Shown here: piece after piece, positions 1 through 8,709 of the stretch | Position numbering within the stretch: position 1 is the stretch's first letter | Layout: each line of letters opens with the position of its first letter | Source: Dehalococcoidia bacterium | Lineage (GTDB): Bacteria; Chloroflexota; Dehalococcoidia; UBA6926 | DNA: 64,000 bases | Assembly (NCBI GenBank): GCA_963666115.2 | Contig: CAXXET010000006.1 | Coordinates: 384,001 to 448,000 of the forward strand | Reading direction: 5' to 3' | Notes under the pieces: model-generated | What the model saw: only the letters and a program-made list of their open reading frames with translations | Told to the model about the DNA's origin: nothing | Database searches by the model: none | Made by a program: the position numbers and the translations under genes

Positions 1-382
1 TAACCTGAGCGGCCTGACGGACGGCGTGCCCTACGTCTACCACGCCTACAGCGACTCCGCCTGCGCAACCCCCATCGCCCGCGTAGCGTTCACCACCACA
101 CTCTACCCGCCCACGGGCGTCTCCCACAGCTCGAATTGCAGCCCGTTTACGTGCGGGACAACTGTGAACTGGAGCCGAAACAGCAACACAACCGGATCCG
201 TCGGCTACGAAGTGCAGTTCACCGACTACGACAATTCCAGCTGGACTCACTGGCACACGGAGCAGCCAACGACAGACTCGAGCTTGAGTGACTACGGCAG
301 CTCCAGCCACAACTTCAACGCCCGCGTCCGCGCCTTCCGTACCACCAGCGGCGTCACGGTCTACAGCGCCTGGGTAGAATAA
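1..382 (+). CDS. C-terminal part of a large surface protein with fibronectin type III-like domains (5' end outside window)
   Basis: Frame open from position 2 (NLSGLTDGVPYVYHAYSD...). FN3-like motifs PPTGV..VNW..GYEVQF..RVRA..YSAW. Confidence 0.6.
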   Translation, partial: NLSGLTDGVPYVYHAYSDSACATPIARVAFTTTLYPPTGVSHSSNCSPFTCGTTVNWSRNSNTTGSVGYEVQFTDYDNSSWTHWHTEQPTTDSSLSDYGSSSHNFNARVRAFRTTSGVTVYSAWVE

Positions 383-391
383 CCCCCGCGC

Positions 392-733
392 CTACCCCCC
401 GCCCCCCTCCGAATCCCTCGCGCCGCCTTCCGAATCCCCCCGTTCACCCCTCATCACGCGCGCAGTTTCCGCCACTCGCGCCTCTGCCTGCGCGAGCCGC
501 ATGATGGCGTCCGCGAGATCACTCGGCGCAACATCCCGGATAACCAGCTGCTCCCCGTCCCGCCCGATCCCCAGAGATTGGCAAGAATCGGCGATGAGCG
601 TCCGCTGTTTCGGCAATTTGCCGTCGTCGCCGGTTCGGGTTAGCAGCCAGCCTGTGGCATCGCCAAAATCGTCGCACCGAAAGAGCGACGGCATCGACGA
701 TGTCAACTGTTCCCGAAGTTCTTCGACAGTCAC
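392..733 (-). CDS. DUF1828-like protein, apparently internally deleted
   Basis: GGAGGAGG RBS before GTG at 733. Motifs LFRC / DFGDATGWL / KQRTLIADSC / LADAIMRLAQA resemble DUF1828, but the usual TPFLYPDGD segment is absent. Confidence 0.45.
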   Translation of the reverse strand: MTVEELREQLTSSMPSLFRCDDFGDATGWLLTRTGDDGKLPKQRTLIADSCQSLGIGRDGEQLVIRDVAPSDLADAIMRLAQAEARVAETARVMRGERGDSEGGARDSEGGGG

Positions 734-855
734 GGCGATACCTCCTCCACACGGAATCGCTGGGCAAACCGCATGACGCTCTGCGCCTCCCACGTGATAT
801 CCCGCTCAATAACCTTGCTGGTGTCAGCAACGATGGCGAGAACGTCTGAGGGTGG

Positions 856-1368
856 TCATTTTGGCCAATCCACTACGCCACAGATGGCGAGGAAAATTAC
901 AACCCCTAAGGCCGTGTGCAACCCGACAAACAGAATCGGTACCCCTCGCTCGATGGTTGTTACTGCTCGATAGCCCCTGTCCTGGCTCTCCGCAATCACC
1001 TGCCACTCATATTGATACACTGCCGCCGGCAAGTGCTCCTCCAACTCATGGATAATGTCGAACTTCACGCGGTTTAGGTCGGCGTGTGACTTGATGATCA
1101 GGAACCAGAGCACAGAGACGAGAATCCCGATGACGGGAATCAGCAGTATCCAGGAGCTCTGGCCAATGCCGGTGGATTGAATCCCGTAAAGCGCGACTAT
1201 AGCTGCATTCAGGGTCAGCAGGTAGCGGCTGGATTGGACGCGGCGGGCGCTAACGTTCTCTGCAGACTGCACGTAAAGCTTGTACTGCTCAAGAAGATCC
1301 GTATGGAAAGAGCCGGCGTAGTCATCTACACTATGCCGTAACAAAGATCGTTGCCCTTGCCTAGTCAT
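856..1368 (-). CDS. 3-TM membrane protein, putative oligomeric pore effector (resembles proteins annotated 'RipA family octameric membrane protein')
   Basis: LLEQYKLYVQSAENVSARR..LTLN, LWxxIIxSxxxLNxxKFxIIxELE and YxxEW motifs; three hydrophobic segments. ATG overlaps the TIR stop (ATGACTAG). Confidence 0.65.
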   Translation of the reverse strand: MTRQGQRSLLRHSVDDYAGSFHTDLLEQYKLYVQSAENVSARRVQSSRYLLTLNAAIVALYGIQSTGIGQSSWILLIPVIGILVSVLWFLIIKSHADLNRVKFDIIHELEEHLPAAVYQYEWQVIAESQDRGYRAVTTIERGVPILFVGLHTALGVVIFLAICGVVDWPK

Positions 1369-1759
1369 AGTCCACCCTGGCATTGGTGATCAGTTCTCTT
1401 AGGATTGACCATTTCCAGGGATGTATCTTCTTCTTGAGCGCTGTCTTAGGCGGCGTGCAGGTCTTATTCTTGCGTCCCTTCAACAGAAAATACGGCTTCC
1501 TCTCCTCTTGCGTAATCGTAACCTCACCTGCTACCCCGGAGGCTTGGTGGGTCTGTTCACCGCAGATAACGATGACAAGGTCGCACCGGTGTATCCGCGA
1601 GCGAACTTCATCACGCCATTTCGCGTCGACAGCTTTCTTCAGAGACCTGTCCCGTATGCTGAAGGGCGAATCCGGTCTGCTGGCCTGATGCACGAGATTT
1701 CCCGGCAGGTCATTATCGTTGTCGTAGTCGAAGCTAATGAATACGCTCTTCGTCGCCAT
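1361..1759 (-). CDS. TIR-domain protein, ThsB/MTH538 (DUF1863)-like
   Basis: VFISFDYDND, DRSL, RSRIHRCDLVIVICGEQT, GVAGEV (putative catalytic Glu), PYFLLKG and PWKW motifs. Confidence 0.8.
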   Translation of the reverse strand: MATKSVFISFDYDNDNDLPGNLVHQASRPDSPFSIRDRSLKKAVDAKWRDEVRSRIHRCDLVIVICGEQTHQASGVAGEVTITQEERKPYFLLKGRKNKTCTPPKTALKKKIHPWKWSILRELITNARVDYD

Positions 1760-1779
1760 TTCTGCTCGCCAATCGCTCC

Positions 1780-2136
1780 TCATCGCCTCGGCCGCGGCGC
1801 AGGCCGCAACGTCTCATTGACCGGGTCGACGGTCAGCCTCAGACCTTCCAGGGCATATGCGCCCAAAAGCGGCTCCACATCGTCCGAACCAAATGCGACG
1901 ATGGTCGTCACGCTGCGGCCGTTGATGGCTGCTCGCGCCTCTGCGATGCCTCTCTCAACGACGCTGCCATCGGCCAACTCAAACTGCTCGATCTCGATTG
2001 GCGCAAGCCCGATCTCACGAAGAAGCGACTCCGGCAAGTGCGTATAGAACGAGCCCGTGTCGGTCATGACCATGATTTCCCGTTCTTCGCCGCCGGCGGG
2101 GTTCGAAATACGCAGTGGAATCCTGAACATACTCAT
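1780..2136 (-). CDS. Retropepsin-like (clan AA) aspartyl protease
   Basis: DTGS catalytic motif, LADG flap, PLLGAYALEGL. Confidence 0.85.
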   Translation of the reverse strand: MSMFRIPLRISNPAGGEEREIMVMTDTGSFYTHLPESLLREIGLAPIEIEQFELADGSVVERGIAEARAAINGRSVTTIVAFGSDDVEPLLGAYALEGLRLTVDPVNETLRPAPRPRR

Positions 2137-2157
2137 GCCCTCATTCTACTACGGCCA

Positions 2158-3549
2158 TTAACTCCCCACAGGCAGCCTAATCCAAAAAACCGACCCCCGC
2201 CCAAGCTCGCTCTCCACCCCCACCTCGCCGCCGTGTGCCTCCACGATTTGCCGCACGATGGCCAGCCCCAGCCCGCCTCCCCGCATCCCGCTCTCATCGC
2301 CTTGCCCGACGCGGTCCATGAGTATCGCGACGTCCTCCCGTGAGATTCCGATGCCCGTATCCCTCACGTGGATGCGCACAGAACTGTCGCCACTGTCCGC
2401 CGAAACGGTTACGCGCCCGCCCGCCGGCGTGAACTTGATGGCGTTATGCACAAGATTCACCAACGCCTGGTGAAGCCGGCCCGGGTCCGCGTTGATCTCC
2501 GGCAGCCCCTGCTCCAGGTCGACAACCAACTCGATATCCGCCCGCCCCGCCATCGACGTCATCATCCCAACGCAGCGGTCGATTGCGTCCCCAACGGCGA
2601 TTGGCTGCAACGCCAGCCGCGTCCATCCCATCTCCAGCCGTGAGAGGTCGAGCAGGCTCTCCACGAACGTCGTCAGCCGCTGCACCTCCACGAGCGCGCT
2701 TGAAACGAAGGGCCGCGCCGCATCCGGATCATCGATTGCGCCCAGGTCCAGCGTCTCAAGCGTCGCCTGCACCCCGGCCAGCGGCGTGCGAATCTCGTGT
2801 GACGCGTTCGCCAGGAATTCGTGCCGCAGCCGCTGCGCGCGCCGCTCCTCGGACACGTCATACGCTGCCAGCAGCACCCGCCGCTCAGCCCCCTCCATAT
2901 AGGGAGAGGCCACGAGCCGCGTTGTCCGAATCCGTTCGCCGCTGTGCGTGATTTCGCCCGTTGCCGTTGCGGATTCCCGCAGCGCCCGCCGCGCGATCTC
3001 CGCTGCCTCATAATCCCGCGCCAGCCCGATGAGTGTCGTCGTCTCATCCACGCGCTGCGTGAACTCGAACAACTGCGCCGCCGCCGCGTTCGCCAGCAGC
3101 ACGCGCTCATCCTCCGCAAGCACGATGACCCCAACGCTCAGGTTGTCCAGGATGGAGGCCAGCCGCGTCTGCTGCGTTTCGACGACGCTGCTAATGCCGC
3201 GCTCCTCCTGCATCAGCCGGCCGATCAACAGCGCGACGTCGCGCACGTCGGATGTCGCCGTGGCGAAATCCTCCGCAGCCGGCGCCTGGCCTGCCCGCAG
3301 CGTCCGCGCGAGATGCCGCAGGGGCGCAGCCGTCCGCCGCGCGGCAACCACCAGCAGCAAGACGATGAGGACACCCGCGGCAAGCGACGTGGACAGCAGA
3401 AGCCGCCGGTACGGTTCGGCGTCCGCCGCCCCCGTGTCCTCTCCGATGCGTCCAAGCTGAACCCACGAGAAGATAAAGATCGCGATGAGGCCGAGAACCA
3501 GGCCGCCCCACAGGGCCAACCCGATGCGGCCCTGCGTTATCCGGGGCAT
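2158..3549 (-). CDS. PhoR-like sensor histidine kinase
   Basis: 2 TM segments, PAS-like region, H-box FLANASHEIRTPL, N-box NLVHNAIKF, G boxes DTGIGI and GLGLAIV. Confidence 0.9.
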   Translation of the reverse strand: MPRITQGRIGLALWGGLVLGLIAIFIFSWVQLGRIGEDTGAADAEPYRRLLLSTSLAAGVLIVLLLVVAARRTAAPLRHLARTLRAGQAPAAEDFATATSDVRDVALLIGRLMQEERGISSVVETQQTRLASILDNLSVGVIVLAEDERVLLANAAAAQLFEFTQRVDETTTLIGLARDYEAAEIARRALRESATATGEITHSGERIRTTRLVASPYMEGAERRVLLAAYDVSEERRAQRLRHEFLANASHEIRTPLAGVQATLETLDLGAIDDPDAARPFVSSALVEVQRLTTFVESLLDLSRLEMGWTRLALQPIAVGDAIDRCVGMMTSMAGRADIELVVDLEQGLPEINADPGRLHQALVNLVHNAIKFTPAGGRVTVSADSGDSSVRIHVRDTGIGISREDVAILMDRVGQGDESGMRGGGLGLAIVRQIVEAHGGEVGVESELGRGSVFWIRLPVGS

Positions 3550-4242
3550 TCACGCCTCCAGTTTGTAGCCGACGCCCCGCACGGTGAGGAGAATCTTCGG
3601 GCGCGCCGGATCATCCTCGATCTTCTGCCGCAGCCACCGCATATGCACGTCAACCGTGCGGCTCCCCTCCGGGTAGGAGTATTTCCAGACCCGGTCCAGC
3701 AGCGTTTCACGCGTGAACACGATGCCGCGATTCTCCCCCAGGAACGATAGCATTTCGAACTCGAGCGGCGTCAGCGTGACCTCTTCGCCCTTGTGAGTGA
3801 CGCGGTGCGCCAGCCGGTCGATGACCGTCTCCCCAAACTCAATTGTGTCTGTCTTCGCTTCGGCCTCCTGCGATGAGCGGCGCAGGATCGCCTTGATGCG
3901 CGCAAGCAGCTCGCGCATGGAAAACGGCTTGGTCATGTAATCGTCGCCGCCCATCTCCAGCCCGACGATCTTGTCCACCTCGGACTGCCGCGCCGTCAAC
4001 ATGAGGATGGGCACCGAACTGCGGCTGCGAACCCGCCTGCACAGTTCCAGGCCGTCCGCGTCCGGCAGCCCCAGGTCGAGGACGATGAAGCTCGGCATCT
4101 GCCGTTCCATCTTGGTGAGCGCCTCTGCGGACGTGGCTGCGGAACTTACCGCGTACCCCTCGCGGCTCAGCGAATAGGTCAACGCCTCCCGCAGCGCGGG
4201 CTCGTCATCAACGATCAGAATGCTTGTCTCGGCGATTGTCAT
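3550..4242 (-). CDS. OmpR/PhoB-family response regulator
   Basis: IVDDE, LDLGLP and KPF receiver motifs; winged-helix end RTVDVH..TVRGVGY. Confidence 0.93.
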   Translation of the reverse strand: MTIAETSILIVDDEPALREALTYSLSREGYAVSSAATSAEALTKMERQMPSFIVLDLGLPDADGLELCRRVRSRSSVPILMLTARQSEVDKIVGLEMGGDDYMTKPFSMRELLARIKAILRRSSQEAEAKTDTIEFGETVIDRLAHRVTHKGEEVTLTPLEFEMLSFLGENRGIVFTRETLLDRVWKYSYPEGSRTVDVHMRWLRQKIEDDPARPKILLTVRGVGYKLEA

Positions 4243-4384
4243 GTCGCCTTCCGTTAAGCGAAGCGCCCTCTGTACTGCCATGATACAAGGGCGCGCAAAG
4301 CCTTAACCGTCAGGCGCATTAAGGCGCTGTAAAGAATGAGGGGAGCCGTCAGGCCCCCCTCAATAGTCGCAATCTCGTTGCGGA

Positions 4385-4834
4385 TTAGTGGGCGTGAGCG
4401 TGTTCAGCCCCCGCTTCCGCGTTCTCCTCATGTCCGCACGCGCAGGCTCCCGCGCCGGCTCCGCCGCACGCGCACGCCCCGGCCCCTGCGCCGTGACCGC
4501 CGCATGCGCACGCTCCACCGCCGCCGCACGCGCCTCCGCAGCCGCCCCCCATGTTCGGGTTGCGAATCGTGAAGCCCGTCTGCTCCAGGCTGTCGATGAA
4601 GTCAATTTCGGAGCCGATCACCCACGGGAGGCTGTCCTCGTCGACGACAACCGTGACGCCAAAGGCCTCGATCACCTCGTCCGAGTCGCTCGGGTCAGGC
4701 TCGATGGCCATGCCGTACGCGGGCTGCCCGTTGTCGCCGCCCTTGACGAACACGCGCAGCGAAGCCCCCTCGGATTCCTGCTCCTTGAACAGGTCCAGAA
4801 TCTTCTCAGCCGCCGACTCAGTGAGTGTAACCAC
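4385..4834 (-). CDS. HesB/IscA-family Fe-S assembly accessory protein with Cys/Gly/His-rich tail
   Basis: LTESAAEKI, LRVFVKGG, GSEIDF..GFTIRNPN, then repeated CACG units and HAHAH. Confidence 0.85.
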   Translation of the reverse strand: MVTLTESAAEKILDLFKEQESEGASLRVFVKGGDNGQPAYGMAIEPDPSDSDEVIEAFGVTVVVDEDSLPWVIGSEIDFIDSLEQTGFTIRNPNMGGGCGGACGGGGACACGGHGAGAGACACGGAGAGACACGHEENAEAGAEHAHAH

Positions 4835-4971
4835 GATTGCCCCTCCACTGACGCGAACATTCGACGCAGCGTCAATTTAAGGCAGTATACAGGCAGGCCC
4901 GCGAAAGTGTCCACGCATGGACGCAACGCCCGCCGAATGAGTCCGCAAAATCAAGCAGGAGAGTGCAGGGC

Positions 4972-5358
4972 ATGAATCTTTATCCGGGACGGTTTGTAAT
5001 CGAGCGCTCAGAGGAAGAGGGCGACGTGTGGGCCGAGGTGGTCCCCGGCGGCGTCAACATCATGCGCGGGCGCGCCACCCAGCCCGATGACGGCGAAGTC
5101 ATCCTCAACGTCCGCCCCGACCAGATCGAGCGGCTCGATGCGTGGGCGCACCAGGAGGGCTTGGTCGTCTCATTCAGCGGCGTCCTCGCCAGGCAGATCA
5201 AAGACCTGGCGCGTGGCGTGGGCCTCTCCCCCCAAAACTTCGTCCTCGAAGCCCTCAACGCCTTCATCCAGGCCGGTGAGATGGCCGCGCACGCTCACGC
5301 CCAACCCCAAACCCCGCCCCCAGCCCAACCCATAGAACTGGAAGGGCCGCCCAGCTAG
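4972..5358 (+). CDS. Hypothetical protein, possible ribbon-helix-helix-like C-terminus
   Basis: Clean ORF with purine-rich RBS and genome-typical codon usage. Confidence 0.55.
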   Translation: MNLYPGRFVIERSEEEGDVWAEVVPGGVNIMRGRATQPDDGEVILNVRPDQIERLDAWAHQEGLVVSFSGVLARQIKDLARGVGLSPQNFVLEALNAFIQAGEMAAHAHAQPQTPPPAQPIELEGPPS

Positions 5359-6695
5359 AGCAGCAGCAGGCTCGGCCCCTCCAAGACCCGCCGCACCTCG
5401 TTCATGAACTGCGCGCCCTCCGCGCCATCTGTCGCCCGATGGTCCGCAGAAAGCGTCGCCGACATAATCTCTGCTACGTCGATTTGGCCGTCCTGCGCCA
5501 CCGGCGTCGAACGCACAGACCCAACCGCGATAGCCCCCGCGTTCGGCGGCGTGATGATCGCCTTAAAATCCTTCACGTCGTACATGCCCAGGTTGGACAC
5601 TGCGAACCCCACACCGCTCACCTCGTTCGGACGCAGCCGCCCCTCCCGCGCCCGCCCCGACAAATCCCGTGAACGCGCCGCGATGTCGATCAGGCTCGCA
5701 TCCCCAACATCCGGCATCGACGGCGCGATCAGCCCGCCCCCGTCCATTGCCACCGCAATAGACACGTCGATGGTTGGATTCGGAATGATGCCCACGGCCT
5801 GCACCGTCACGTTGAAATGCGGATGAGAATGCAGTGCCATGGCGACGGCCTTGATGACCAGGTCATTCACCGTGACGCGGCGAGCTGCGTCCAACTCCTC
5901 GTTGATTTCAGCGCGCATCCGAACGGCGCGTGTCATGTCGATCTCCACCGTCACGTAATAGTGTGGAGCCGTCAGCTTGCTCAGGGACATTCGCCGCGCA
6001 ATCGCTTGCCGCATGGGCGGCAGACCCGCCGGCACGACGATCCCAACGGCGTCCGGCGCAGGCGGCTCAACAACCGTGAACCCGCCGCCCGGTACCGGCT
6101 CCGGCTCAACCGATTCCACCGGCGTAGGCGTCTCAGCCCTGACCGGCTCAGGCTGCGCAGCGCCCCGCGCCTCCAAATAGGCTTCAACGTCGCCCCGCGT
6201 GATCCGTCCGCCCGGACCCGTTCCGGTCACGTTGTCCTGAATCTCAGCCACGGGGACGCCCTGTTGCTCCGCTATTCTCCGCGCCACCGGCGTCACGGGC
6301 GAGCCCGTTGACGGCGCATCTGCCCTGACCGTTTCCACGGGGGCGGCAGCCTCAACAGGCGGCGGTGGGGCAGGGGGCGTAGCCGGAGTGGAAACTGCGG
6401 GCGGCGCTGTGGCGGCTGGAGTAGGCGCGGATGCTGAGATGTCCGATATATCCTCCCCCGGCGCGGCAATCAACCCAATCGTCTCACCGACGGGCACCAT
6501 GACGCCCTCCGGCACCAGGATGCGCGCCATCACGCCGGACTCATACGCCTCAAGCTCAACGGTCGCCTTATCCGTCTCGATCTCCGCGATCGTCTCCCCG
6601 CGCGCAACAGTATCGCCCTCGCGCTTAAGCCACCGCACGACCATTCCCTCGGTCATGTCGAAGCCCATCTGCGGCATGATTACGTCGCTTGCCAC
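5355..6695 (-). CDS. pdhC: Dihydrolipoamide acetyltransferase (PDH E2)
   Basis: Lipoyl motif ETDKA, E3-binding GTGPGGRI, catalytic DHRATDG. Confidence 0.93.
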   Translation of the reverse strand: MASDVIMPQMGFDMTEGMVVRWLKREGDTVARGETIAEIETDKATVELEAYESGVMARILVPEGVMVPVGETIGLIAAPGEDISDISASAPTPAATAPPAVSTPATPPAPPPPVEAAAPVETVRADAPSTGSPVTPVARRIAEQQGVPVAEIQDNVTGTGPGGRITRGDVEAYLEARGAAQPEPVRAETPTPVESVEPEPVPGGGFTVVEPPAPDAVGIVVPAGLPPMRQAIARRMSLSKLTAPHYYVTVEIDMTRAVRMRAEINEELDAARRVTVNDLVIKAVAMALHSHPHFNVTVQAVGIIPNPTIDVSIAVAMDGGGLIAPSMPDVGDASLIDIAARSRDLSGRAREGRLRPNEVSGVGFAVSNLGMYDVKDFKAIITPPNAGAIAVGSVRSTPVAQDGQIDVAEIMSATLSADHRATDGAEGAQFMNEVRRVLEGPSLLLL

Positions 6696-6720
6696 GTCTG
6701 CCTCCCCCTTACGATGCCGC

Positions 6721-7692
6721 CTAGAACAGGCTCCGAACCTTATCCGCCACCGTCTCCGCCGTCGGAATCGTCAGCAACTCCAGCGGGCGTGAATACGGCG
6801 TCGGCACGTTCGCCCCGCCGACACGCAGCGCAGGCCCGTCCAGCGAGTCAAACGCCTTCTCGTTGATTTGCGCGATGATCTCTCCCGCGAACCCGCCGAA
6901 CTCCCATGTTTCCTCGACGACGACGGCCCGGTTCGTCTTGTGAACGGAATCGATGAATGTCTGCGTATCCAGCGGCAGCAGGGAGCGCAGGTCGATGACC
7001 TCGGCGTCGATGCCGTCATCCTCCAGCAGTTCCGCCGCCTGCAGCGCGATGGGCACCATCCTCAGGTATGCGATGATGCTGACGTCCGTCCCGCTGCGCG
7101 CCACCCGCGCCGAGCCGAAGGGAATCGTGTAGCGCTCGTCCGGCACCTCCGCGCGGCTCCCGTACAGCAGCGAATGTTCAACGTACATCACGGGATTCGG
7201 ATCGGCGATGGCAGACCGCAGCAGGCCCAGCGCGTCCGTTGCATTGGACGGCGTCACCACCTTGAGTCCCGGCACACGCGCGTACCATGCTTCAAGGCTC
7301 TGCGAGTGTGTGGCGGCGAGCATGTTGCCCCCGCCGCTCACCGTCCGAATCACAACCGGCACGCTGATCTGCCCGCCGGACATATAGCGCGCCTTGGCGG
7401 CGATGTGGACGATCTGATCCATCGCCAGCAGCGAGAAGTTGATGGTCATGATCTCGACGATCGGACTCATGCCCGCAATCGCCGCCCCGATTCCCGTGCC
7501 GACGAAACCCGATTCGGCAATCGGCGTATCGATGATCCGCTCCTCGCCGTACTTCTCCATGAATCCCTTGGTCACGGCATAGGAGCCGCCGTACGCGCCC
7601 ACGTCCTCGCCCATGATGAACGTCTCCGGATTGGACTGAAGCGCCTCCTCCAGCCCCGCCCGGATCGCCTCTCGGTATGTCAGTTGCGTCAC
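6721..7692 (-). CDS. pdhB: Pyruvate dehydrogenase E1 beta
   Basis: GEDVG, DTPIAE, HSQSLE, IDLRSL; operon context. Confidence 0.93.
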   Translation of the reverse strand: MTQLTYREAIRAGLEEALQSNPETFIMGEDVGAYGGSYAVTKGFMEKYGEERIIDTPIAESGFVGTGIGAAIAGMSPIVEIMTINFSLLAMDQIVHIAAKARYMSGGQISVPVVIRTVSGGGNMLAATHSQSLEAWYARVPGLKVVTPSNATDALGLLRSAIADPNPVMYVEHSLLYGSRAEVPDERYTIPFGSARVARSGTDVSIIAYLRMVPIALQAAELLEDDGIDAEVIDLRSLLPLDTQTFIDSVHKTNRAVVVEETWEFGGFAGEIIAQINEKAFDSLDGPALRVGGANVPTPYSRPLELLTIPTAETVADKVRSLF

Positions 7693-7702
7693 GTCCAACC
7701 CC

Positions 7703-8683
7703 TCACGCGTAGATGTCCGTATGCAGTTCGTCCGGCGTGGGGAAGGGCGATTCCAGCGCGAACCGGATCGCCTCGTTCACCTCGTTCTCCACGTCCTCGT
7801 CGATGGCATCGATCTCGCCCGCCGTCGTCAGGTCATTGTTGAGCAGGTGATTGGAAAACAGCGCGATGGGGTCCAGGTCCAACCACGGCTCCACTTCATT
7901 CTGGTGGCGGTACTCAATCGGGTCGGCCATTGAATGTCCGCGGAAGCGGTACGTCATGACCTCCAGGAAAAACGGCCCGTTTCCACCCCTGATATAGTCG
8001 ATGGCCTCCAGCGTCGCCTCCCGTACCGTCAGCACGTCCTGGCCGTTTTCCACGCGCTGGCTGCGAACGTTGTGGCGGTCCGCCAGCTTGTGGATGATCG
8101 GCTGGGCCGATGCCCGCTCCACCCGCGTCCCCATGCCGAACCCGTTGTTCTCCAGCAGGAACAGGACCGGCAGATTCCAGAGGGAAGCTAGGTTCATCGA
8201 CTCGTGGAACTCCCCCTCGTTGACCGCCCCGTCGCCCAGGAAGCACACCACGAGGGAGTCCTCCCCGCGATAGCGATTCGCGAACGCCAGCCCCACCGCC
8301 AGCGGCAACTGCCCGCCGACGATTGCATGGCCCCCCATGAATCCCCTGGAAACGTCGAAGAAGTGCATGGAGCCGCCCTTGCCGCTGCTGACGCCCGTCG
8401 CCTTGCCGAACAACTCCGCCATGCACGCCGCCGTGTCCATCCCGCGCGCCAGCGCATGGCCGTGGTCGCGGTAATGCGTCACGATCTTGTCGTCGTCCCG
8501 CAAGGGTGAGATCACGCCGACCGCGACGGCCTCCTCCCCGATGTACAGGTGCAGGAAGCCGCCGATGTTCCCGCGGCCGTAATGCTCGGCGCTGCGTTCC
8601 TCAAAACGGCGGATCAGCTTCATCGTCCTGAGCAGTGTCAAAAGCTCGGAACGTGACGGCGTAGAGTCTGGTGATGTGCTCAC
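7703..8683 (-). CDS. pdhA: Pyruvate dehydrogenase E1 alpha
   Basis: GFLHLYIGEEA, GKGGSMH, GDGA..NN TPP motif, YRFRGHSMAD. GTG at 8683 with GGAGG RBS. Confidence 0.93.
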   Translation of the reverse strand: MSTSPDSTPSRSELLTLLRTMKLIRRFEERSAEHYGRGNIGGFLHLYIGEEAVAVGVISPLRDDDKIVTHYRDHGHALARGMDTAACMAELFGKATGVSSGKGGSMHFFDVSRGFMGGHAIVGGQLPLAVGLAFANRYRGEDSLVVCFLGDGAVNEGEFHESMNLASLWNLPVLFLLENNGFGMGTRVERASAQPIIHKLADRHNVRSQRVENGQDVLTVREATLEAIDYIRGGNGPFFLEVMTYRFRGHSMADPIEYRHQNEVEPWLDLDPIALFSNHLLNNDLTTAGEIDAIDEDVENEVNEAIRFALESPFPTPDELHTDIYA

Positions 8684-8709
8684 AAGCGGTTTGCCTCCAT
8701 ACACAGAGT

